A DNA stretch of 64,000 bases. Origin: an uncultured bacterium. Lineage in GTDB: Bacteria > Patescibacteriota > Minisyncoccia > Phycocordibacterales > DATDWN01. The DNA is taken from contig CAVSGX010000004.1 of assembly GCA_963727715.1 (NCBI GenBank), forward strand, positions 8,455-72,454. Reading direction: 5' to 3'. Within the stretch, counting starts at the first letter, position 1, and the number at the start of each line of letters is the position of its first letter. This document shows positions 29,940 to 39,666 of the stretch, piece after piece. A program made the translations under genes and the position numbers. The notes beneath the pieces are model-generated. The model was not told where the DNA came from. It did not search any database and saw only the letters and a list, made by a program, of their open reading frames with translations.

Positions 29940-29962
29940 ATGGATAATTCTACATTAAACAT

Positions 29963-31651
29963 CTATTTGTGCACATCCGGAGCGTGACTGCAGTCATACA
30001 CCTTGGCCGAGATGTAATGGTCGGTTTGGTTGTAGATTATTTTGCAGGAGTCCAGATATTTGCGGTAGACGCTGTTTGGATCAATGCGCGGAATATTTAT
30101 TTCCAAATAAATCTCTTTGTACTGATTAAGGGTAGCGATTTTTTCGTTTATGTCAAAAGCCGGATCGGTGTAAAGTCTTTTTCTGTATTTGCCTATCTGT
30201 TGTATTTCATATCCGCCATTGTCATTGTAAACCGTTACGTATTTTATGTCCGGGTCGTTTTTAATGAATCCCACGGCACCAGAAAGAAGTTTCGGCGCCG
30301 AGCCGTAAAGACCACCGAACAAATATTCCTCGGCGAAAAGTCCGTTGTAGACAAGCCCAAGAGGAATGAGTAAAAGCAAAGCCATGCGACGCAGATGTGG
30401 TTTCCAAATAGCCACGACAACCAAGACCAGAGAAAAAATCCAAGACAAACCCATAAACAAAAAAGAAATATAAAATCCAAGAGGTCCGGAACCACCGGAG
30501 AACGGGTAAAGAAAATTCCATTTGAAACTTAGAATGCGACCAATCCAGGCCGTCTTCGGATAAAGCGACGGCACACTGTGAGGCAATGTTGCCAAGAACA
30601 AAAACACCAAAGCAACAAAAGTTCCAAGAAGAAGATATTCCGTGTCTCTTTTTTCTCTTGATCTAAAACAAGAAACCAAAACAACAGCTGATAAGACACA
30701 TAGCGGAATTATTATAAACTGCATATATCTGTCCAAAGCGCCGAGAGAAAAATCAAAAAGAATCGTGTAAAAAATTATACCGAACAAAATGTAAAACAGA
30801 AACGGTCTGACTTTTTTGACAAGATGTTTGTCGAGAAGAAAAGGAACCAAAACCAAAAACGGAGAAGAATACAGGAGGGCTTTGAAAACTTGGATGCCTG
30901 TCTGCAACCAATTTCTGTGAATGTTGGCAAAATGCATCCAGTATTCAAAGGATGTTTTCAGATTGAAAAAAGAAAAGAAATATTGAGAAACAAATAAAAG
31001 TAGCCAGAGCAAAACAACACCGCCGAAAATAAAACCAGCGTATCGAGCCATATCTTTTTTAGTCAGAAAATTTTTCTTCTGCCAGAGGAAATCGGCCAGA
31101 AGCGCGCAGATAGCCAGAGCAAAACTGACTTTGACGAAAAAACCCATAATGCACGAGAGAGCGAGCACGGCGACCCAAACCATTTTTCTTTTGCCAAAAC
31201 TTTGCCAGATTTTGTCGTATGAAATGAGAGCAATCAGAAAAAAGAACGGCATTATTGCCCCGTCGGTGTCCACCATAAGAGAAGCCAGAATGGAAAAATA
31301 AGACAGAACAAAAATGACCGAGCCGACAGTCGCTGTTTTTTTATCAAACCTTTGCCTCAAAAAATAATACAGGAGGAGCAAATTCATCACACCGAAAAAT
31401 AACGGCACGAAACGAAAATGAACATCGAAGCCGACAATCTCGCCGGCCACGCGATATATAAACTCCGAAAGTGGCGGGTGAGGAATATCTGTCCCGAGAG
31501 CAGTGGCCGGGTTGGCTATTTGTGGCCACTTGTACTCATCCTGATGGAGAGGTGAAGAAACCCCAGGCAGACGCAGGGCCAAGAAAGCCAAAACCAAAAT
31601 CCCGACAACAACCCACTCGTTTTTTCTAAAAAATTGTTCTATTTTTCCCAT
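29963..31651 (-). CDS. Polytopic membrane glycosyltransferase, GT39/GT83 (ArnT/PMT)-like
   Basis: 562 aa; first extracytoplasmic loop LHQDEYKW (DE motif), 11 or more TM helices, soluble C-terminal domain. Confidence 0.5.
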   Translation of the reverse strand: MGKIEQFFRKNEWVVVGILVLAFLALRLPGVSSPLHQDEYKWPQIANPATALGTDIPHPPLSEFIYRVAGEIVGFDVHFRFVPLFFGVMNLLLLYYFLRQRFDKKTATVGSVIFVLSYFSILASLMVDTDGAIMPFFFLIALISYDKIWQSFGKRKMVWVAVLALSCIMGFFVKVSFALAICALLADFLWQKKNFLTKKDMARYAGFIFGGVVLLWLLLFVSQYFFSFFNLKTSFEYWMHFANIHRNWLQTGIQVFKALLYSSPFLVLVPFLLDKHLVKKVRPFLFYILFGIIFYTILFDFSLGALDRYMQFIIIPLCVLSAVVLVSCFRSREKRDTEYLLLGTFVALVFLFLATLPHSVPSLYPKTAWIGRILSFKWNFLYPFSGGSGPLGFYISFLFMGLSWIFSLVLVVVAIWKPHLRRMALLLLIPLGLVYNGLFAEEYLFGGLYGSAPKLLSGAVGFIKNDPDIKYVTVYNDNGGYEIQQIGKYRKRLYTDPAFDINEKIATLNQYKEIYLEINIPRIDPNSVYRKYLDSCKIIYNQTDHYISAKVYDCSHAPDVHK

Positions 31652-31655
31652 ATTT

Positions 31656-32300
31656 CTATTTTTGTGCTACGAAAAGCATTTGGCCGGCGAAAGGTTTTAG
31701 TGGAGAGTGGATGTAAGCGCGGACAATGAAGGGCAGAAGAAAATCCGGGATGAGTGGAGAATTGGATCGCATAGAAAAAGGTAGAAAGCGTGGCATGGCG
31801 AGTAAGATATCGAAACTGTTTGAAATCAAAAAACTTTTAAGCGAAGCATCGCTCCAGATTTTCTTGTGAGTTGGATCGTCAAAATATTTTTTGGCCGACA
31901 GGCGGTAATTCGGTTGCATCAAAATAAGAATTCCTCTGGGTTTCAGTACACGCATTATCTCGGTGGTCGTCTTCTGGATCTCTTCGTCAGTGAAATGTTC
32001 CAAAAGATTGCTGGCAAAAACAACATCGGTCGACCGGCTTTTGATTAGAGATAGATTCCAAGCTGGAAATTTTATTTTTTTGACATCTTCTCCGGCAAAT
32101 TTGTCGATCTCCGTAGAAATATCAACCGCATATTTTTCTTCGGCCGAAGTATTGTTTATAAAATCGCAGTAGCCGGCGCCTAAGTCAACGACCACTTTTT
32201 TGTCACACAGAAAAGGTCGCAAAAATCGGACAATTTCTTTCCAGACGATCGTCCGTCTTTTGTCAAAAGTATATCGCGATGTGTAATATGGGTCTGTCAT
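31656..32300 (-). CDS. Class I SAM-dependent methyltransferase
   Basis: VVVDLGAGYCDF motif I. Confidence 0.65.
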   Translation of the reverse strand: MTDPYYTSRYTFDKRRTIVWKEIVRFLRPFLCDKKVVVDLGAGYCDFINNTSAEEKYAVDISTEIDKFAGEDVKKIKFPAWNLSLIKSRSTDVVFASNLLEHFTDEEIQKTTTEIMRVLKPRGILILMQPNYRLSAKKYFDDPTHKKIWSDASLKSFLISNSFDILLAMPRFLPFSMRSNSPLIPDFLLPFIVRAYIHSPLKPFAGQMLFVAQK

Positions 32301-33010
32301 AGCGTTTTGAATCGATATTTAACAATCATCGGTAACATTTTAAAACCAAGTTTTGTGGCGCGCCAAATACTGCCGGTGTAGCCGGAGAGACCGACACGCG
32401 GTTTGTACATTATCGGAATTTCAATAACCATTTTTTCTTTCCTGACGAGCCAGATCATAAGTTCCGGAGAAAATTTCCCGTCGCCGTCGGAATATTTGAA
32501 ATATTTTTTTATGTCTTCCAGTGAAGCGCGGTTTAGAAGTTTGTATGTGCAACCGACATCGGTCAGAGTCGGACCGTTGTGCAAAACTTCCAAAACTTTT
32601 GCCACAGCCCAGTTGCCCAGACGCACCGGAAAAGGCATAAAAGCGCCGGACCAAATAGCTGCCCGAGAAGTGCGTGTGCCGAAAACCACCGGGAAATTAT
32701 CGCTGTACAAAAGAAACTTGGCAATATCAGCCGGCTCAAATGTCCCATCCGCCTCAACCATAACAGTCAAATCCCCTGTCGATTCCATAAGCCCGCGCAT
32801 CAAGGCATAACCATAGCCCTGCTTTTTTTCTACCACCAATCTAGCCTTTGTTTTGGCCACTTCTTCTTTAGTTTTACCCAAAGCATTATTATCCACCACG
32901 ATAATTTCATCAACAAAACCAGTGGCAAAAAAACCGTTTATAACAAATTTGATTGTTTTGTCCTCGTTGTACGTTGGTATGATAACCGTTACTTTTTTTG
33001 ATTTATACAT
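32297..33010 (-). CDS. GT2 glycosyltransferase (polyprenol-phosphate sugar synthase-like)
   Basis: KVTVIIPTYNEDKTIKFVI...IIVVDNNALGKTKEE. Confidence 0.8.
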   Translation of the reverse strand: MYKSKKVTVIIPTYNEDKTIKFVINGFFATGFVDEIIVVDNNALGKTKEEVAKTKARLVVEKKQGYGYALMRGLMESTGDLTVMVEADGTFEPADIAKFLLYSDNFPVVFGTRTSRAAIWSGAFMPFPVRLGNWAVAKVLEVLHNGPTLTDVGCTYKLLNRASLEDIKKYFKYSDGDGKFSPELMIWLVRKEKMVIEIPIMYKPRVGLSGYTGSIWRATKLGFKMLPMIVKYRFKTL

Positions 33011-34023
33011 AAAAACAAATTGTCCATTAAAGTCTTTAGACTTTGGGACAAGACTGCTTTCTCAGCCAGATTACCATACTCCAAATATTGATCTTGGTCA
33101 AAGGAGAGCAAATTTAGAGCTCCTTTCAAAATATCTTCCTTGTTGTTTGAAACACATGACGACGGTGGCAATATTTTTTTGAATGATTGATTAGTAATTA
33201 AAACCAAAAGGCCACAAGCCAAAGCTTCAATGACGGTCTTGTCAAAACTGCCGGTGTCAGTGAAATTTAAAAAAATTTGATATCCTTGATAAACTCGCGG
33301 AGTATTTTCAAAAGAAACTCCTGGGGAGAGAAATACTTGTGACCGAAGTTTTTTCTCCGAGACAAGACTTTTCAAATTCTCAAAATATCTCTTATCTTTT
33401 GGAAGGACATCACCAACTATGGAAAGTCTTGGTTGAAGACCTTTATCAACCAAGTTGGAAATGAGATTTATGCCGGTTTCAATGTTTTTTATTTTGGCTA
33501 TGCGACCAAGCATCAAAAAAGAACATGGTTTGGTTGTGACACCAGTTTTCTTGAACATATCGGTATCAATACCGGCTGGCATTATTTTAGTCTTCTTAAA
33601 ACGAGCGGTGTAAGAACTCTCGGATGTGGCAAAGACGGTGTCTGAAAACCAGACGGCGAGGCCAGTCAGAAAATTGCCGTAGCGGTGATTGCGCCAGAAG
33701 AAAATTTTCTTGCCGAGCGATTTCCAAATCAATCCGCCTAAAAGAATGTACTCCTGATTCATATGGACAAAGACCAAGTCATATTCCTTGTGGTATTTCC
33801 AAATATATGAAAAAAATCTGGCCAAATATTTCATTTTGGAAACGCCATCTTCTTTGCCCAGAGAATAAACGGAAATATTTTTCGGCAAATCATATTCTCC
33901 TTTGGACAAACAAATAACAACAATCTTGTCGCATCTTTTGGCCATCTCCAAAAGCCAACCGTGAAAAAAACCAAGAGTTTTGTCTTTTTTATCAACCGTC
34001 TGTGTGATGACAAGCAATTTCAT
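32989..34023 (-). CDS. Glycosyltransferase family 4
   Basis: 344 aa; GT-B fold pattern. Confidence 0.65.
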   Translation of the reverse strand: MKLLVITQTVDKKDKTLGFFHGWLLEMAKRCDKIVVICLSKGEYDLPKNISVYSLGKEDGVSKMKYLARFFSYIWKYHKEYDLVFVHMNQEYILLGGLIWKSLGKKIFFWRNHRYGNFLTGLAVWFSDTVFATSESSYTARFKKTKIMPAGIDTDMFKKTGVTTKPCSFLMLGRIAKIKNIETGINLISNLVDKGLQPRLSIVGDVLPKDKRYFENLKSLVSEKKLRSQVFLSPGVSFENTPRVYQGYQIFLNFTDTGSFDKTVIEALACGLLVLITNQSFKKILPPSSCVSNNKEDILKGALNLLSFDQDQYLEYGNLAEKAVLSQSLKTLMDNLFLCINQKK

Positions 34024-34457
34024 AATTTGAATTCTGTTTCAATTTTAATGTTATTGTCTTCTTCGCGTATTTTGAAGACAAAATGTTTTGATAAGAAAAA
34101 AGTGCAACAAGCCGTGACTATACCGGCGGTTATTTGGCCGGCCAGAGCGTAGAATTTGAAATATTCAACGGAGACATACAAAACAAAAGTATTGATCAAA
34201 AGACCTAATAAAGAGGTTAGTAAATATTTTCCGATCTGATGATGAAATCTGTCCATCGAATGATCACGAAATGTCCAGAATTTTTGCAAAATCAGACTGA
34301 TCAAAAAAGCTACTGTGAAAGCTACAACCGAGGAGGTAATATAGTAAACGTGGTAGATATGATGCAACAAAAAAAATAAAGACAGGTTGACCGCCGCGCT
34401 GGTGCCACCGGAGATAATATATCTGATCAACAAATGTTTAGTTAAATATTTAATCAT
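34020..34457 (-). CDS. GtrA-family membrane protein
   Basis: 145 aa, 4 TM helices; YIISGGTSAAVNLSLFFLL matches the GtrA signature. Confidence 0.8.
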   Translation of the reverse strand: MIKYLTKHLLIRYIISGGTSAAVNLSLFFLLHHIYHVYYITSSVVAFTVAFLISLILQKFWTFRDHSMDRFHHQIGKYLLTSLLGLLINTFVLYVSVEYFKFYALAGQITAGIVTACCTFFLSKHFVFKIREEDNNIKIETEFKL

Positions 34458-35626
34458 TTTGAATTAATTCCCGGGTTGTCGTGAGTCGCTTCTTTCAAGA
34501 GAGCTGTGTACGATTCGACATATTCCTCTCTTGTGCCGATTCTGGATTCAATATCTTCCAAAAGGACCTGGGCCATCATATAACGCAAGGAGTTGTTACC
34601 AATCAATGTTTTTATACCTTCGGATATGCAAGCTATGTCGCCAACCGGACAGATGTAGGAATTTTTGAGATGAACTAAAATCTCGCCGGAAACACCAACA
34701 TCGGTAGACAAAACCGGCAAGTGAGCCAAGCCGGCTTCAATCAACGACATTCCGTATCCTTCGTATTCGGAAACGGACAAGAACATATTGGCTGATTTCA
34801 TTAGAGAAAAAATATCTTCCCGGAAACCCAGAAGAACGACTTTGTCAGAGAGTCCGAGTTTTTCAATTTTTTTCAAAAGTTTTTGGCGAAAAGGACCGTC
34901 GCCGGCGATAACAAGTCCGGCGTGAGGATAACTTTTGACCACATCAAAAAAAGCCGAGAGCGCGTCACTAAAACATTTTTCTTCGGTCAAACGACCGGCC
35001 GAGAGGATTATAAACTTGAATTGCGGAAACATTTTTTTCAGATCAGAATTTTCGTTTTTAGGATTTTGTGAAATGATAGATTCAACATCAATGCGTATGG
35101 GCAATATGCGGGCCGGATGTTTTAATTTTATCCCAGCTTCTTTTAAAGATTCGGCAATGCGCAAGGAAACAACCCTGACAAAATCAGCTCGAGGAATTAA
35201 AAATCTCGCTGTAAAAACCCTGAGACTTTGAAGAAAAGAATTTTTAAAATATGGGCTTAGAAAATCAGTATGTATTTGCAAATGGAGCGATAGGCGGAAA
35301 TATCTGGCCAGACGCCAACCGACAAACCCGCACTCAAAAGGATCTTGGCAGGTGATGACGGAATCCCCGCGGACAAATTTGTTTTCTTTTATTATTTTTT
35401 TGCCAAGTGAAATGGCATCAAAAATAAAAAACCAGCGCGAAGAAGAGTTGGTGGAATAAACAATTACATTTTCACTTATTGCGGTTTTCATCAGATTCTG
35501 TTTTTTTGTGGAAAAAACTATGATATGGAGAGAGTCCATCAATTTTCCATAATCCAAAGTACGCATAGCCACGGCGCTATTTTTTTCAAATAATTTTCTG
35601 TCTGTGCCTATGGATAAAACTTTCAT
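34454..35626 (-). CDS. Glycosyltransferase family 4
   Basis: 390 aa; ..SVSEYEGYGMSLIEAGLAHLPVLSTDVG.. Glycos_transf_1 core. Confidence 0.75.
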   Translation of the reverse strand: MKVLSIGTDRKLFEKNSAVAMRTLDYGKLMDSLHIIVFSTKKQNLMKTAISENVIVYSTNSSSRWFFIFDAISLGKKIIKENKFVRGDSVITCQDPFECGFVGWRLARYFRLSLHLQIHTDFLSPYFKNSFLQSLRVFTARFLIPRADFVRVVSLRIAESLKEAGIKLKHPARILPIRIDVESIISQNPKNENSDLKKMFPQFKFIILSAGRLTEEKCFSDALSAFFDVVKSYPHAGLVIAGDGPFRQKLLKKIEKLGLSDKVVLLGFREDIFSLMKSANMFLSVSEYEGYGMSLIEAGLAHLPVLSTDVGVSGEILVHLKNSYICPVGDIACISEGIKTLIGNNSLRYMMAQVLLEDIESRIGTREEYVESYTALLKEATHDNPGINSK

Positions 35627-36645
35627 ATTTGCGAGTAAATATCTACGAATTGTTGGGCGATTTCATCCCAAGAATGACCGTGGGAACTCAAGAGAATATT
35701 TCTTTTATAATTTTGATATATTTCCGGCTCAAGTAAAATCTCCACATTACGGACCAAATCATCAACCGAAAAAGGATTGGTAAATACTACCATACCTTTC
35801 AGTTTTTCAAACATACCATTATCGGAAGTCAAAATGACTGGCAAATCAAAACGAATGGCATCACAAACCAAATTCGGGCTAACTTCCGAAAAAGAATTGA
35901 TAATAATGGCGTAAGATTTGGAAATTTTTTCCAAAAGAACTTCGTGGGAAACTTGATTTGTGTCCAAGATCAGATCTGGATGTTTCTGTTTGATTCTGCG
36001 GAAAGCTTCCGCCAATCTTTTTTTATTTTTTATAACAATGTCGCGAGACGGAGATAGAAATATTTTCTGCTCGATATTCTGGGCGACGGGCATTTCCGGC
36101 ATAGGAAAAAAATTCTCTATAATTTTTGTTTTGTTTAAATTCAAGTTGTACGACTCTTTCATAATATTTCTTTGCCATTCGGTACTGAAAATAACCATGT
36201 CAGCCGAGTGTAAAACAAACTTGGTGGTATTGAAAATAATCTTCTCTTTCAAAGAAAACTCGCGAGGAGTTTGATAGAAATGTGAAAGTAAAATTTCTTT
36301 TTTGGTTCTCTCAACAAAAGATTCCCATAAAAAATCTCCACCCACTCTTAAAACCATTTTTTTGCCAAGCAATTTGCTAAAAATGAGTGTCGGTAAACCA
36401 ACACTAAAAGAGTCCAGAGCAATGATATAGTCGGCAAAAAGAGCATCAAAAAATAGTTTGACAAAATAAAAAAAATGGCGAACTCCTGTGGGAAATTTTT
36501 TCAATTCACCATAAGTGACAACCGAGACATTATATTTTTGGATTAAAAATGAATTAAAAAGCTCCTTGGCATATCCCGCCGGACCGCCTATTTCCGGAGG
36601 GTAAATACCTGTTGCTATGACAATATTTTCCGGTATTTTGTTCAT
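35623..36645 (-). CDS. GT-B glycosyltransferase (GT4-like)
   Basis: 340 aa; N-terminal IVIATGIYPPEIGGPAGY is typical of GT4. Confidence 0.55.
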   Translation of the reverse strand: MNKIPENIVIATGIYPPEIGGPAGYAKELFNSFLIQKYNVSVVTYGELKKFPTGVRHFFYFVKLFFDALFADYIIALDSFSVGLPTLIFSKLLGKKMVLRVGGDFLWESFVERTKKEILLSHFYQTPREFSLKEKIIFNTTKFVLHSADMVIFSTEWQRNIMKESYNLNLNKTKIIENFFPMPEMPVAQNIEQKIFLSPSRDIVIKNKKRLAEAFRRIKQKHPDLILDTNQVSHEVLLEKISKSYAIIINSFSEVSPNLVCDAIRFDLPVILTSDNGMFEKLKGMVVFTNPFSVDDLVRNVEILLEPEIYQNYKRNILLSSHGHSWDEIAQQFVDIYSQI

Positions 36646-36654
36646 ATCCCATAA

Positions 36655-38508
36655 TCAATGCTGTTCAGGTTTATTTTTATCAATTGTGTCGTCCACATTA
36701 AGCACTTTACGCAAAACCTCTTCCGGCACTTCTTTCCCCGACGCTGGCGCGGCTGGGGTTTGGACGATTTCTTTTTTAATTCCGGGTTTTATTTCCGTTT
36801 TTATTTCCGGTTTATTCATAACTTGAGACAGAGCATTTTTCAAACTGGAAATATTTTCCACTGTCGGATTTTTTTTATTTTCACTTGAATTCAGAGTAGA
36901 TAATGAAGCTGTTTGCGCAGTTGGAGGATTCTTATTTGAATCTACTGGTTTTCTCTGCGAAAAAGATTTGTTGCGCAAATCTTCGGTGGCTTTTATAAAA
37001 GCCAACTTATTAGGATCAGGGGTTGCAATTGTTGGAGTATTGTTCTGGTTGTTATATTTCTCTTTCTCACTGAAAGGCTTGTTAAAAATCGGACGATTGT
37101 CGACGCTTCGCTGAGGAGATGCCGGCGCAGATAAGGGCATAGGCGAAAAGCTGGAACGTCCTGTTCCTATATTTCCGTCGCCTTGCCCACCACCAGCCAT
37201 TTTGTCTCTTTGGGCCGATGTCCCCTCTTCATGCCATTTTTTTATTTCTGCCTCGACTTCGCCCCGTGGTCGGGTAAACTGTTTCCACGAGCTTTCCATA
37301 ACTTCTTTTTTGAATGAGACATCCGGCCTAGTAATCGGTGGCATAGTGACAGCTGAAAACGGCGCTGAAGAAACTTCATCGATCATCAATTTCAAATAAA
37401 TTTGGTATTTGCCAAGATTGACCAAATCTTCGGCGGTGAAAGTTGGAGCGAATTCTTTTTCCAAAACTTCAGCATCAAAAGCGCCGACTCGAAATGTGAC
37501 CATGGTGCCAACGTTGCCGAAAACGGCGTCGCGCACTTCCTCTTCCATTTGCTCAATGTACTGATGTGTGATGTTTAAACCTAATTTGTACTTGCGGGCT
37601 TCGGACAAAATGTCGGCAAAAGATTTGTTGGCGAAAGATTGAAACTCGTCCACATACAAATAAAAATTCGGCAGTTTGGCTAATTGCTCTTTGTTTTTGT
37701 CCGCTCGAGACATGGCCGCCAAGTATATTTTTGTGATAAGCATTGAACCAATGAGGTTGGCATTGCCCTCACCAACAAGCCCTTTGGACAAGTTGATGAG
37801 CAATATCTTTTTCTCATCCATAAAATCGCGAATGTCAAAAGATGATTTCGGCTGGCCGATTAAATTTCGGACAAGCGGGTTTGATGTGAATTGTCCGACT
37901 TTGTTTTGAATAGCCGGTGTGGCTTCGGCTGCGTATTTGTCGGTGTATTTGGCAAATTCCTCCGTCCAAAAAGTTTTGACCGATGGATCTTTGATGTTCT
38001 CCACCACTTTTTTGCGATACTCTTTGTCAGCTAACATTCGATTAACACCAAGAAGTGTGGCACCCGGATATTCCAAGAGCGCCAAAAGAGTGTTGTTTAA
38101 AATGTAAGCCATGCGAGCTGACCAAGCATCCACCCAGATTTTCTCAAACGTGGACATGAGGCCGTTGACCACCAGATGTCTTTTGTCCACACCAATATCT
38201 TCCAAGACATTGAAAGAAACTGGATGTTCCAAATCAAATGGCGCGAAATAAAGCACATCTTTGATGCGATTTTCCGGGATGTAATCCAGCAGTTTTTCGG
38301 CCATTGAACCGTGCGGATCTATGACGGCGATACCGTTGCCATTTTGAATATCCTGGATGGCCATATTTTCCAAAAGATTGGACTTGCCAACGCCGGTTTT
38401 GCCGATAACATAAACATGACGCAAGCGATCGCTTTCTTTGATACCAAAACGGATTTTTTTGTTGCGAGCGTCCGTTTCGGCAAAATATGTGATGGGGTTT
38501 GGGTCCAT
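36655..38508 (-). CDS. P-loop NTPase of the FtsK/HerA/TraD (type IV secretion DNA-binding domain-like) class with low-complexity Pro/Ser/Asn-rich C-terminal tail
   Basis: Walker A VIGKTGVGKSNLL, Walker B LYVDEFQSF; no TM segment; 617 aa. Confidence 0.55.
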   Translation of the reverse strand: MDPNPITYFAETDARNKKIRFGIKESDRLRHVYVIGKTGVGKSNLLENMAIQDIQNGNGIAVIDPHGSMAEKLLDYIPENRIKDVLYFAPFDLEHPVSFNVLEDIGVDKRHLVVNGLMSTFEKIWVDAWSARMAYILNNTLLALLEYPGATLLGVNRMLADKEYRKKVVENIKDPSVKTFWTEEFAKYTDKYAAEATPAIQNKVGQFTSNPLVRNLIGQPKSSFDIRDFMDEKKILLINLSKGLVGEGNANLIGSMLITKIYLAAMSRADKNKEQLAKLPNFYLYVDEFQSFANKSFADILSEARKYKLGLNITHQYIEQMEEEVRDAVFGNVGTMVTFRVGAFDAEVLEKEFAPTFTAEDLVNLGKYQIYLKLMIDEVSSAPFSAVTMPPITRPDVSFKKEVMESSWKQFTRPRGEVEAEIKKWHEEGTSAQRDKMAGGGQGDGNIGTGRSSFSPMPLSAPASPQRSVDNRPIFNKPFSEKEKYNNQNNTPTIATPDPNKLAFIKATEDLRNKSFSQRKPVDSNKNPPTAQTASLSTLNSSENKKNPTVENISSLKNALSQVMNKPEIKTEIKPGIKKEIVQTPAAPASGKEVPEEVLRKVLNVDDTIDKNKPEQH

Positions 38509-38587
38509 AATCGTTTATTATTATATCACAGATGATTAAAATCCAAACCACTAAAAGCTCGCCTGATTTTGCTCCGCAAAATCAGAA

Positions 38588-38672
38588 AGTAAAGAAAAAT
38601 TCAAAATTCAAAAACAAAAGAAAAAACAAATCGACAAGAGACAAGCTACCTTTTTGGAAATCACAAGAACGA
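38588..38672 (-). repeat. Conserved 3' flank downstream of the DGR VR/IMH (copy 1 of 3; other copies at 40604..40682 and 43418..43492)
   Basis: aaaattcaaaattcaaaaacaaaagaaaaaacaaatcgacaagagacaagctacctttttggaaatcacaagaac is present after all three target genes. Confidence 0.8.
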
Positions 38673-39650
38673 GCGGGAGAGGCGACCACCCAGAGGCGGA
38701 TGGGAACTGGACGGAGCATCGGCACGGACACCGAGCCGGGAACCGGCGGGGTTCCAATAGGCGCAGACGACACGAAAGGAAGATGGGGCGGTTTTGTCAG
38801 GGTTTGGCACTTTAGACCCGGGCAAAGCGGTCCAGTAGTATAGACCATCTTTCTCGTTTTTGGTGTCTATGTGCTTGCCTGTTTGTTCAAAGATTTTTCT
38901 TTGCAGGATGAGATAATCGGACAGAGTTAGAGATTGGTTCGGAGGCAAGGAGAGAAAGGTTTCAATCTTTTTGTTCAGAGTTTGTTTAAGCTCTGATTGT
39001 TGCCAGAGTTCTTGACTGTGGACTAGAACGATTCTTCTTTTTTTGTCTTCTATTACTCCTTCAAACCCGCCACCCGAGTTGAAATTGCTTCCGGTGTATG
39101 TTTCGTTGTATCCTTCCGACATTTTAGCGTTTAGGTCTGTCAGGTTTGGCAGAGTTTCCGGAATGAGCAGGATTGTGTCAAAACCGTGTTTTTCTATTTC
39201 TTCTCTGATTTGGTCAATGTTTCTTTCCCAGATGTTTTTCATCGTCTCGGAGAAGTCTTTCGGTCTGTCTATGGAGTGGGTTGTGTAAAAGGAAGTAAAG
39301 TATTCTATTTCTTTTTCAATATCTATGGTTATGGTTTCTTTCTTTTCTTCAGTGGTTGTTTTGCCGGTTTTTTCGTCTTTTGTCTCTTCGATATGTTTGT
39401 ATTCCACTTCTAGAGTTGTTGAGGATTTGCCTTCTATCTTTCTTTTGAGAGAACGGCATTGGGAGAGTGTTTCTTTGATTTTCAGGCTTAGTTCTTTCTG
39501 TTTCTCTGTATCTCCGCTCTCAATGGCTTTTAGGAGTTTATCTTTCATTTCTTCGGCCTGAGAGAGCAGGCCTTCCATTACGGTCAAGTCGGCCAGAGCT
39601 TGTTCTTTGGTTGGTGGAGAGTTTGGGATTTTGGGAGATTCGTGGGACAT
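38661..39650 (-). CDS. DGR target protein 1 (329 aa): Glu/Lys-rich coiled-coil N-terminus, conserved ligand-binding-type C-terminal domain ending in the variable repeat
   Basis: C-terminal region is shared with 40671..41660 and with the C-terminus of 43485..45512 (..YNETYTGSNFNSGGGFEGVIEDKKRRIVL..). The VR lies at the extreme 3' end, and the stop follows the IMH-like GC-rich TCGCCTCTCCCGC. Confidence 0.8.
   Translation of the reverse strand: MSHESPKIPNSPPTKEQALADLTVMEGLLSQAEEMKDKLLKAIESGDTEKQKELSLKIKETLSQCRSLKRKIEGKSSTTLEVEYKHIEETKDEKTGKTTTEEKKETITIDIEKEIEYFTSFYTTHSIDRPKDFSETMKNIWERNIDQIREEIEKHGFDTILLIPETLPNLTDLNAKMSEGYNETYTGSNFNSGGGFEGVIEDKKRRIVLVHSQELWQQSELKQTLNKKIETFLSLPPNQSLTLSDYLILQRKIFEQTGKHIDTKNEKDGLYYWTALPGSKVPNPDKTAPSSFRVVCAYWNPAGSRLGVRADAPSSSHPPLGGRLSRSFL
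38674..38771 (-). repeat. DGR variable repeat VR-1 (3' end of target gene 38661..39650)
   Basis: 98-bp match to the TR at 43081..43177; within the TR/VR alignment it differs from the TR only at template adenines (sense strand), apart from one sense-strand T-to-G difference in the IMH-proximal segment; encodes VVCAYWNPAGSRLGVRADAPSSSHPPLGGRLSR. Confidence 0.85.
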
Positions 39651-39666
39651 AATGGATGGATGATAA

